From Verrucomicrobiales bacterium (GTDB taxonomy: Bacteria; Verrucomicrobiota; Verrucomicrobiia; Verrucomicrobiales; DEV007), in assembly GCA_029210205.1 (NCBI GenBank), contig JARGOD010000004.1, positions 13,842 to 77,841 on the forward strand: a stretch of 64,000 nucleotides of DNA, given 5' to 3'. Position numbers and translations under genes: made by a program. Numbering within the stretch: position 1 is the first letter of the stretch; every line of letters begins with the position of its first letter. This document shows, in pieces, positions 1-8,030 of the stretch. The notes beneath the pieces were generated by a model. It was not told the origin of the DNA, searched no databases, and saw nothing but the letters and a program-made list of their open reading frames with translations.

Positions 1-1233
1 GGCGCTCCCGATCTGAAGTCACCTCATATCGATGCGCTAATGAATGACGGGATGCGCTTTGATGCCTTCTACGCGAACTGCCCCGTTTGTTCTCCAACAC
101 GAGCGTCTTTCCTAACCGGCCTCTATCCGGACATGGCGGGTGTCCCCGGTGTCATTCGGACGCCTCTCCCGGATCGACCGACCAGTTGGGGTAATTTGCG
201 AAACGACGTCACAACTCTCCCGACCCACCTGAGTACAGCTGGCTATGATACTGCACTGATCGGTAAGTGGCATTTGGGCCTGGAAAAACCAGATCGCCCA
301 AATGATGTGGGTTTTGATTTCTTCCACGGCTTTCTCGGTGACATGATGGATGACTATTATGATCACCTTCGACATGGCGAGCATTACATGCGCCGCAACG
401 AGGAAGCGATCCATCCGGAGGGACACGCGACTGATCTTTTCACAGACTGGACTGTGGATTACCTGAAGGAGCGAAAAGATAAAGAGAATCCCTTCTTTAT
501 TTTCCTCGCCTACAATGCGCCGCATACCCCTATCCAGCCGCCACAGGACTGGCTTGAAAAGGTGAAAGCCCGCGAGGTGGGAATTGACGATGACCGGGCT
601 GCGCTTGTCGCTCTCATTGAGCACCTCGATGAAGGCGTCGGCCGAGTCGTGCAGGGGCTCAAGGACGAAGGGCTCTGGGAGAACACCATCACCATCTTCA
701 CCAGCGACAACGGCGGGCAATCCAATGTCGGTGCTCGAAACGAACCCTGGCGCGGAGGAAAGCAGGAGATGTGGGAAGGTGGAATCCGCGTCGGTACGTC
801 TGTGACATGGCCCGGCACAATCGAAGCAGGAACAATTCAGTCCGACCACGTTTCCCTCACCATGGATATCTTCCCCACTCTTGCTGAGATCGCCGGCGTC
901 CCCGTTGATTTTCATCTCGACGGAAGAAGCTTTCTTCCCGTTCTCAAAGGGCAAGTGTTTGAAGAACAGCCCCGACCGCTCTTTTGGGTTCGTCTCGAAG
1001 GAAACCCAAGATACGGCGGTTTGCCCTATCACGCCGCGAGAATTGGAGAATGGAAAATTCTTCGCAACACACCTTACGAACCTTACCAAATGTTCCAACT
1101 CGACAGAGATTCCGGCGAAGAAACGCCGGTAGAACGGAACAAGGCTCCCAGGAAATATGACGAACTCTACAATGCACTCATGATGCATCACAATCATGCC
1201 GGGAAAATCCCATGGCAGCGAGAGAATCCATAA
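1..1233 (+). CDS. Sulfatase (arylsulfatase family), N-terminus truncated by the window edge
   Basis: Formylglycine motif CSPTR, GYDTALIGKWHLG, APHTP and FTSDNG. The frame is open from base 1 (GAPDLKSPHIDAL), so the true start lies upstream. Confidence 0.93.
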   Translation, partial: GAPDLKSPHIDALMNDGMRFDAFYANCPVCSPTRASFLTGLYPDMAGVPGVIRTPLPDRPTSWGNLRNDVTTLPTHLSTAGYDTALIGKWHLGLEKPDRPNDVGFDFFHGFLGDMMDDYYDHLRHGEHYMRRNEEAIHPEGHATDLFTDWTVDYLKERKDKENPFFIFLAYNAPHTPIQPPQDWLEKVKAREVGIDDDRAALVALIEHLDEGVGRVVQGLKDEGLWENTITIFTSDNGGQSNVGARNEPWRGGKQEMWEGGIRVGTSVTWPGTIEAGTIQSDHVSLTMDIFPTLAEIAGVPVDFHLDGRSFLPVLKGQVFEEQPRPLFWVRLEGNPRYGGLPYHAARIGEWKILRNTPYEPYQMFQLDRDSGEETPVERNKAPRKYDELYNALMMHHNHAGKIPWQRENP

Positions 1234-1234
1234 A

Positions 1235-1939
1235 ATGTCTCGCCGCACTGAACTCGAGCTTTCCCTCACTTCTTACGGCAGGTCAGAGCGCGGTGTCTCT
1301 CTGGACTACCTTAAACCGGAAGTCCCTTGTGAACTTCTCATCGTGGCGGGGATCCATGGAGAAGAGTCAGACGGCGTCATCTCACTTTCGCGTGCTTTTC
1401 GCTCTATTTCTCCGCTAGTGATCAGCCCCTCGATAGCGGCAGTCTTCTGCGCGAACCCGGACGGGGTGATTCTCGGGACGCGAGGGAACGCGAACGGTGT
1501 CGATCTCAACCGAAACTTCCCCGCTTCGAACTGGTCTCCGGATCCTTCGACTTGTCGCTGGCACGCTGATGAAGACGAAACTATTCCGATTTTTACCGGT
1601 AAGGAGCCGGGTTCCGAGTCCGAAACGAAAGCGATCATTTCGTTGATTAAGGCACTAAAGCCGGCGCAGATTTTGACGCTGCACGGTCCGCTTGCCTGTG
1701 TTGATGATCCGAACCAGAGTCCTCTCGGACAATGGATCGCAAAGCGCACGAAGTTGTCGCTCGTGCAGGATATTGGCTACCCTACCCCGGGCTCAATGGG
1801 GTCTTGGGCTTCTGAGGCGGGTATTCCGATCATCACCTGGGAGTTCCCGCCGGATGGAGTTGAAGCCCTCAGCCGGTCGCAAGTGCCGGTAATCGCCGAC
1901 ATTATTTCCGGAAACTTTCCCGGCGGAAATGAGTTGTAA
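1235..1939 (+). CDS. mpaA: Zinc carboxypeptidase M14 family, murein tripeptide amidase MpaA-like
   Basis: GIHGEE (HxxE), NPDG, RGNANGVDLNRNF, TLHGP, GYPTPGSMGSW and TWEFP. ATG at 1235 lies 1 nt after the sulfatase stop. Confidence 0.8.
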   Translation: MSRRTELELSLTSYGRSERGVSLDYLKPEVPCELLIVAGIHGEESDGVISLSRAFRSISPLVISPSIAAVFCANPDGVILGTRGNANGVDLNRNFPASNWSPDPSTCRWHADEDETIPIFTGKEPGSESETKAIISLIKALKPAQILTLHGPLACVDDPNQSPLGQWIAKRTKLSLVQDIGYPTPGSMGSWASEAGIPIITWEFPPDGVEALSRSQVPVIADIISGNFPGGNEL

Positions 1940-1973
1940 CTATTCAAGCAACTTCCCCGTCTTTTCTTACAAC

Positions 1974-3488
1974 ATGCCCTCTAAAATCTTCGCTTTTCTC
2001 ATCCTGCTCGCTCCCTTTTCCGCTTTTGCTGAAGTCACTTACCACAAGGACATTGCCCCCATCGTCTATGCGAATTGCACCAGTTGCCATCGCGAAGGCG
2101 AAAGCGCACCCTTTTCGCTCAGTAATTATGAGGAAGTCTCAAGAAAAGCGAAGACGATTGCGCGCGTTGTAGATGATGGTTACATGCCTCCCTGGCATGC
2201 CTCGCCCAAGCATCTTCCTTTTCAGGATGTAAGACGGTTGAGTAGTGATGAAATCTCCAAATTCAGTCTTTGGCTGGAAGCTGGAAAGCCAGAGGGGGAT
2301 CCTGCTGCTGCTCCTCAAATGCCAGACTTTCCAAAAGGATGGCAGCTCGGTGAACCTGATCTCGTTGTTTCGATGGCTAAAGCCTATGAAGTGCCTGCTG
2401 ATGGCCCTGACATTTATCGAAACTTTGTCCTTCCCCTCGACCTACCTGAAGACAAATGGGTCAAAGCTATCGAACTGAGACCTTCTGCCAGATCAGTTCT
2501 TCACCACAGCCTCTTTTTTCTCGATGACAGTGGCACTGCCCGATCACTCGACGGAAAAGACGGGAAGCCCGGATTCTCGGGAATGGGATTTCGGAAAAGC
2601 GGATCTCTGGGCGGCTTTGTCCCCGGAGCAACATCAAAGCGGCTTCCCGGTGATCTTGCGCGCCCTCTTCCAAAAGGATCCGATATTGTTCTTTCGACCC
2701 ATTTTCACCCCTCGGGAAAAGTGGAGAACGAGCGAACTACGATAGGACTGTACTTTGCCGATTCCCCGCCAAGTCGGCAGCTTCAGGAAGTCCAGGTCCC
2801 GCCTGGCTTCGGTCGTGGCGTTGGAATCGACATTCCAGCCGGAGAATCAAACTACGTTATCGAAGACAGTTTCACGCTTCCCGTCGATTACGAAGCGATT
2901 TCGGTTGGCGGACACGCTCACTACATTTGCAAGACGATGGAAATGACGGCAACCCTTCCCGACGGTGAGAGAAAAGTGCTGCTCGAAATCACGGATTGGG
3001 ACATGGACTGGCAGGACACCTACTACTTCGAAGAATCAGTCATCCTGCCTGCAGGGACCATTATCAAATCAGTGATCAGTTATGACAACTCATCAAACAA
3101 TCCCGCCAATCCCCACATTCCGTCTCAGCGCATCAAATGGGGACGCGAGTCTACCGATGAGATGGGCAGTATCACTCTCATCGGTGTGCCGGTTGAGGCG
3201 GACGACTTCACTCGCTTGAGCCGCGCCACGAAGGTTGAGCGTGCGAAAATTCTAACCTCCCTTGGCCGTGAGTTAATCAATTCGCGAGTTGCGAGCCGCC
3301 TTCCGAGAATCATCAAGTCGCTCGATAAGAACCGTGACGATAATCTTGATGCATCCGAACTGCCGGAGCGAATGCGAGCAGCGCTCCTTTTGAAACTTGA
3401 TGCTGATGGTGACAAGTCACTAAACCCTTCCGAATTGCAAGCGCTGAAGGATTGGCTCGAGAATCTGAAAGCCAGCGAGGGAGTATGA
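1974..3488 (+). CDS. Secreted cytochrome c + copper type II (PHM/DBH-like) monooxygenase domain protein with C-terminal EF-hand-like pair
   Basis: Signal peptide (SAFA/EV), CTSCH heme motif and MPPW, candidate Cu ligands LHHS, THFHP, GHAHY and DEMG, and two EF-hand-like loops (DKNRDDNLDASE, DADGDKSLNPSE). Confidence 0.75.
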   Translation: MPSKIFAFLILLAPFSAFAEVTYHKDIAPIVYANCTSCHREGESAPFSLSNYEEVSRKAKTIARVVDDGYMPPWHASPKHLPFQDVRRLSSDEISKFSLWLEAGKPEGDPAAAPQMPDFPKGWQLGEPDLVVSMAKAYEVPADGPDIYRNFVLPLDLPEDKWVKAIELRPSARSVLHHSLFFLDDSGTARSLDGKDGKPGFSGMGFRKSGSLGGFVPGATSKRLPGDLARPLPKGSDIVLSTHFHPSGKVENERTTIGLYFADSPPSRQLQEVQVPPGFGRGVGIDIPAGESNYVIEDSFTLPVDYEAISVGGHAHYICKTMEMTATLPDGERKVLLEITDWDMDWQDTYYFEESVILPAGTIIKSVISYDNSSNNPANPHIPSQRIKWGRESTDEMGSITLIGVPVEADDFTRLSRATKVERAKILTSLGRELINSRVASRLPRIIKSLDKNRDDNLDASELPERMRAALLLKLDADGDKSLNPSELQALKDWLENLKASEGV

Positions 3489-4021
3489 CTTTAACCCGCT
3501 TCCTTCTCTCACTCCTGTTCCTCGCGTCTCTTCTAACAAGTGCTCAAGAGGAGAAAACGGGACACACAACACCTAGGGGCAAGGTTTGGATCTTCGTTGC
3601 TGTCGATTGCCCGATCGCGAATGGCTATGCCCCCGAATTAAATCGCCTGCAGCAGGATTTTGAAAGCCGTGGCATTGACTTCACTCTTGTCTATCCGGAA
3701 CCGTCATTGCATGAATCTTCGATCATTTCACATCTCAAGGAATACTCGCTCGATTTTGACTATCATCACGACAGAACCCATCGCCTTGTGACGAAGAGTG
3801 GTGTTATCGTCACTCCGGAAGCAGCCGTTTTTGATTCGAATGATCAGTTAATCTACCGGGGCAAAATCGATGACCGTTACTCTGAGTTTGGAGATCGAAG
3901 AAGCATCGCGACGAAGACCTACCTTCGAGACGTTCTCGCGCAACTTCTCGCCGGTGAAGAGATTGGGTTTCATGAGACCGAACCCATTGGCTGTTATATC
4001 GAATCCCTCGCTGAAAATTGA
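3485..4021 (+). CDS. Secreted redoxin (AhpC/TSA, thioredoxin-fold) protein
   Basis: Signal peptide, DCPIA, VTPEAAV cis-Pro loop, YRGKIDD and C-terminal GCYI. ATGA overlap with the upstream gene. Confidence 0.8.
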   Translation: MTLTRFLLSLLFLASLLTSAQEEKTGHTTPRGKVWIFVAVDCPIANGYAPELNRLQQDFESRGIDFTLVYPEPSLHESSIISHLKEYSLDFDYHHDRTHRLVTKSGVIVTPEAAVFDSNDQLIYRGKIDDRYSEFGDRRSIATKTYLRDVLAQLLAGEEIGFHETEPIGCYIESLAEN

Positions 4022-4074
4022 GCGCTTTCCAGTTTTTCTGATTTTTGATACAACTCCATCAATCATCGGATCTT

Positions 4075-5310
4075 ATGGAGCCTCTCAGTCTCGTCGAGTC
4101 CGTGCTCGACAACCTACCTGTAGCCGTATTCGCAAAAGACGCGAATGACGATTTTCGCTTTGTTCTCTGGAACAAAAAGCAGGAACAAATAACGACGGTG
4201 AAGGCCTCGAAGGCCGTGGGTCGCGATGATTATGATCTCTTCTCTGAAGAATCAGCGGACTACTTTCGCAGTGTCGACAAGGCAGTTTTGAAACGGGGAA
4301 AACTTCTAAAAGTTCCTGAAGAAATCATTGAAGGAAAAGACGGACAGGACATTCATCTTCGTACTGTCAAGATCCCCGTGATAGAAGAGGAAACGGGTCG
4401 CCGGCTCGTCGTGGGAATCAGTGAGGACATTACCGAGCAGGTTCAGGCGAGAGCAAAGATGGAGAGTCTCAATAAAAATCTCCTCGAAACGAACCGTGAA
4501 CTTCAAGAGACTCAACTGCAGCTCATTCAGGCGGAGAAACTTGAATCGATTGGTCGTCTCGCCGCCGGCGTTGCTCATGAGGTCAAGAATCCTCTTGCTC
4601 TGCTTCTTCTTGGTGTTGACTACCTTTCCGATGGAATCGATCCGGACGACCCAAATGTAGATACAATTCTTAAGCAGATGCGTGAGGCAGTCGATCGTGC
4701 TGACCGCATTGTTCGTGGCCTTGTTGATTTTTCGTCGCAGCGGGCACTGACTCGTGAGCCGGTGAAATTGCATGCTGTGATTGATGAGGTGCTTCTCCTT
4801 GTGAAGCACGAACTAACACGCTCGAATACGACCGTAACTGTTGAGGTGCCGGATGATCTTCCTCATGTCTTTCTCGATCTTTCCAAATTCGAGCAGGTCG
4901 TCATCAATCTCGTCATCAATGCGGTCCATGCCATGTCCGAATCGAAGAAGCCGACACTCCAAATCAAGGCGCATTCGAAGAAGTTGGATGGTGTCGTCAA
5001 GAATCAGGGAGCAAGGAAATACGAAGTTTTTCGCAGCGGTGACCCTGTCGTGATTCTTGAACTGATTGATAACGGGTGTGGTATCGAAAGCGCAGATGCA
5101 ACGCGACTCTTCGACCCGTTCTTTACGACGAAAGCGACAGGAGTGGGAACCGGGCTCGGTCTCTCCGTCGCAAGAAAAATTGTTCAGCTACATGGAGGTG
5201 AGCTCCAGGTGATAGATCGTTCCGATAAGAAAGGTGCGATCGCTAAATTAATCCTTCCTACAAAGATCGATACAGGGAAGGTTCCGGTCTCTTCAAAATC
5301 ATCGAAATAG
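4075..5310 (+). CDS. Cytoplasmic PAS-domain sensor histidine kinase
   Basis: N-terminal PAS/PAC, H-box AGVAHEVKNPL, N-box QVVINLVINA, DNGCGI, FDPFFTTK and GTGLGL. No transmembrane segment. Confidence 0.93.
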   Translation: MEPLSLVESVLDNLPVAVFAKDANDDFRFVLWNKKQEQITTVKASKAVGRDDYDLFSEESADYFRSVDKAVLKRGKLLKVPEEIIEGKDGQDIHLRTVKIPVIEEETGRRLVVGISEDITEQVQARAKMESLNKNLLETNRELQETQLQLIQAEKLESIGRLAAGVAHEVKNPLALLLLGVDYLSDGIDPDDPNVDTILKQMREAVDRADRIVRGLVDFSSQRALTREPVKLHAVIDEVLLLVKHELTRSNTTVTVEVPDDLPHVFLDLSKFEQVVINLVINAVHAMSESKKPTLQIKAHSKKLDGVVKNQGARKYEVFRSGDPVVILELIDNGCGIESADATRLFDPFFTTKATGVGTGLGLSVARKIVQLHGGELQVIDRSDKKGAIAKLILPTKIDTGKVPVSSKSSK

Positions 5311-5385
5311 ATTGACACTCATGCGCTTATCTTGAGACGCTGATGCAAGAGTTTAGTAATTTTCATTCAACCTTTTTCTCTTCCC

Positions 5386-5766
5386 ATGGCTCGCAAAATT
5401 CTCCTGGTCGACGATGAAGCCGGTTTCACACAGCTTCTAAAAATGAACCTGGAGAAGTCGGGCGATTTTGAAGTCACGATTGAAAATGATTCGATGAAGG
5501 CAATCACCACGGCGAGGTCTCTGCAGCCGGATATTGTCCTCCTCGACGTGGTCATGCCAGGTATGGATGGCGGAGATGTTCAGGCGCAGTTTCAGTCGGA
5601 TTCCACTTTGACTAATGTTCCGGTTATCATGCTGACCGCTCTCGTTGATTCCGCCGAACTATCTGATGGAGCAGTTGCTCAGAGTGGCTCCTCAATCGTT
5701 CTTCCAAAGCCAGTCGATCTTCCCCTCCTCTTGCGTGTCATCGATGAAGCGACCGGAGAAGCGTGA
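5386..5766 (+). CDS. Single-domain response regulator (receiver only)
   Basis: ILLVDDE, LLDVVMPGMDG, IMLTA and LPKP, with no output domain. Confidence 0.93.
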   Translation: MARKILLVDDEAGFTQLLKMNLEKSGDFEVTIENDSMKAITTARSLQPDIVLLDVVMPGMDGGDVQAQFQSDSTLTNVPVIMLTALVDSAELSDGAVAQSGSSIVLPKPVDLPLLLRVIDEATGEA

Positions 5767-5838
5767 TCACCCTTTCGGGTCGAAAACTTAACATTCCCTA
5801 AGTGGTTCTTAAAGCGACACGAGGTCTACTGTGGCCAC

Positions 5839-6315
5839 GTGATGAGCAAGCAAATTGTCCTTTTTCTGTGCACTGGAAACTTTTACCGCAGCCGCTATGC
5901 GGAAGCTCTCTTTAATCATCAGGCAGATTGCGCCGGCATAAACTGGCAGGCAAAGTCAAAAGGCTTTCGCCCTCACCTTGCGAAAGAAGATCTTTCCCAT
6001 TGGGCTGTGGAACGACTCGAAGAGCACCATGTCCCTGTTTCAGGAACATCGAGTAAGCCTGCGAAGCTGACTTCCTTCGATCTTGCTGAGTCCTCTCTTG
6101 TGATTGCACTCTACGAGGCTGAGCACGCTCCCATGATAAGAGAGCAGTTTCCACGATGGACGGATCGTATTTGCTACTGGAATATTCCTGACATTGACAT
6201 CACTCCACCGGTTCTCGCATTGGCAAAAATTGAACACGAAGTCGAGTCCCTCATAGATCAGCTGAGCGCCGGGCATGCCATGGGACGGGGCCTCGATTGT
6301 GTGGTGGAATTTTAG
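5839..6315 (+). CDS. Low-molecular-weight protein tyrosine phosphatase / ArsC-fold protein
   Basis: N-terminal P-loop LFLCTGNFYRSR (CX5R) and WNIPD acid loop. Confidence 0.82.
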   Translation: MMSKQIVLFLCTGNFYRSRYAEALFNHQADCAGINWQAKSKGFRPHLAKEDLSHWAVERLEEHHVPVSGTSSKPAKLTSFDLAESSLVIALYEAEHAPMIREQFPRWTDRICYWNIPDIDITPPVLALAKIEHEVESLIDQLSAGHAMGRGLDCVVEF

Positions 6316-6328
6316 TTTCCCTAATTTT

Positions 6329-6357
6329 TTGACAACACAAAGTATAGTGTCCATGCT
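6329..6357 (+). promoter_or_regulatory. Candidate sigma70 promoter for the PIN-PhoH gene
   Basis: Perfect TTGACA (6329-6334), 17-bp spacer, then CATGCT (6352-6357), about 55 nt upstream of the ATG at 6412. Confidence 0.4.
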
Positions 6358-6411
6358 GTGTTTCATAAACGTTCGTTTTCACGGGTTCTCCGTTGAGGCC
6401 GAATCGAAAAT

Positions 6412-7965
6412 ATGAGTGATCTGCAATCTGAAACGGGAGCGGGTGGAGCATCTTCAGAAGGGACTGTGCAAGTCGAGATGTTCAAAGGAAGCGCGGCGAA
6501 AAAGAATCGTCCTGCAAAAAAAGGCATCTACGGAGATGGTCTGAAGGCGCCGTCTTCTTTGGGAAAGAATTTCGTGCTTGATACCAATGTTCTCCTGCAT
6601 GATCCAGATTGCCTTGACCGGTTCGGAGATAATCACATTTGTATTCCGTTAGAGGTACTTTGCGAGCTCGACCGGTTCAAGACAGAGCAGACTGAGCGTG
6701 GGGCGAATGCTCGAGCCGCTCACCGGAAACTGGCGGCCCATTTCTCCTGCCACCCTGGGAATGCCACTTCAGGAATTGCCCTTTCCGAAGGCGGCTCGAT
6801 TCGTCTTGTTCCAGGGCAACTGCCCGGAGGAACACGCGGGGCGGCTGCAGATGAGCTTCTCTCTCTTTTCCGTGGTCAGGATACGAATGACAATCGAATT
6901 CTTGTCACGACCCGACTCATTGCATCGAAAAACTCTGCCCCGACCGTTCTTGTCACAAAGGATCTCAACATGCAGCTCAAGGCACATGCGATCGGCCTGC
7001 CTTGCGAAGATTATCAGAATGACAAAGTTGATAGTAATCTCGTCAGAGAAACCGGGCCGACGATCATTGATCTGCGGCCCAGCGACCTTCAGCGGTTTGC
7101 GAGTTCCGGTTCGATCGAGCTGCCTGCTCATGTGAAAAAGATCTACCCGAACGAATACGTTCTTCTAAAGGCCGGTGAAAAGCGAACAATGCCTGCACGG
7201 ATGGGAAGTGACGGTCTTTTTCACAAGCTCTTCATTCCTGACCAAATTCGGATTCAACAGGGCAAGCCTCTTCGCCCCCTGAATCTTGGGCAGCAGTGCT
7301 TCATTGATGCTTTACTCAATCCGGAAGCCACTCTCGTGACTTGTTACGGCCAGGCCGGCACAGGAAAGACTCTTCTAGCGGTAGCCTCTGCTCTTCACGC
7401 TACCTTTGCCGGCGAATACAACGGTGTAACTGTCAGTCGTCCCGTCATTCCCCTCGGCGACACCCTTGGCTTTCTCCCCGGGTCGCTGGAGGAGAAGCTG
7501 GATCCCTGGTTGAAGCCTATTTTCGACGCGCTCGAGTTCCTCCTTACTCCCGAGCAGAACCCAACGAAACGTAAGCAGGCGCGCGGGCGAAAAGGGAATA
7601 CTGATTCAGCATTTAATGCTCCCGGCAAAAAGGTCTATGATCCAATGTTGGACTCTGGACTCGTCGAAATTGAAGCACTCTGTTACATTCGCGGGCGTTC
7701 GATTCCCAACCGATATTTCATTCTTGATGAAGCGCAGCAATTGACCCCGCTTGAGGCGAAAACGATTGTCACGCGAATGGCGCGTGGCTCCAAACTCGTT
7801 CTTATCGGAGACCCTGCCCAAATTGACAATCCTTATGTGGATCGACTTAGTAATGGTCTGGTTTACACTCGTGACCGTCTTCGCGACGAGGCCTGTAGTT
7901 CGCACGTTACCCTGGAACGTGGCGAACGGAGCCAGTTGGCGGAGGCAGCCGCGAAGAAAATGTAA
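6412..7965 (+). CDS. PIN domain-PhoH family ATPase fusion (PhoH2/YlaK-like)
   Basis: PIN motifs FVLDTNVLL, ELD, NDNRIL and TKDLN. PhoH motifs GQAGTGKT, LGFLPG, YIRGRS, ILDEAQ and GDPAQID. Confidence 0.92.
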   Translation: MSDLQSETGAGGASSEGTVQVEMFKGSAAKKNRPAKKGIYGDGLKAPSSLGKNFVLDTNVLLHDPDCLDRFGDNHICIPLEVLCELDRFKTEQTERGANARAAHRKLAAHFSCHPGNATSGIALSEGGSIRLVPGQLPGGTRGAAADELLSLFRGQDTNDNRILVTTRLIASKNSAPTVLVTKDLNMQLKAHAIGLPCEDYQNDKVDSNLVRETGPTIIDLRPSDLQRFASSGSIELPAHVKKIYPNEYVLLKAGEKRTMPARMGSDGLFHKLFIPDQIRIQQGKPLRPLNLGQQCFIDALLNPEATLVTCYGQAGTGKTLLAVASALHATFAGEYNGVTVSRPVIPLGDTLGFLPGSLEEKLDPWLKPIFDALEFLLTPEQNPTKRKQARGRKGNTDSAFNAPGKKVYDPMLDSGLVEIEALCYIRGRSIPNRYFILDEAQQLTPLEAKTIVTRMARGSKLVLIGDPAQIDNPYVDRLSNGLVYTRDRLRDEACSSHVTLERGERSQLAEAAAKKM

Positions 7966-8030
7966 ATCAGGCGGACCAACCGCATTTTATTTGCGCAAAG
8001 GCCGGCAACGGGGAATAAGGTTCCCCGACG

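Noticed and set aside
112-1269. 385-aa antisense ORF over the first sulfatase (likewise 9051-9953, 21284-22207 and 31967-32674)
   Set aside because: Each lies almost entirely opposite a well-supported gene and has no recognisable motifs. Such shadow ORFs are expected from codon bias.
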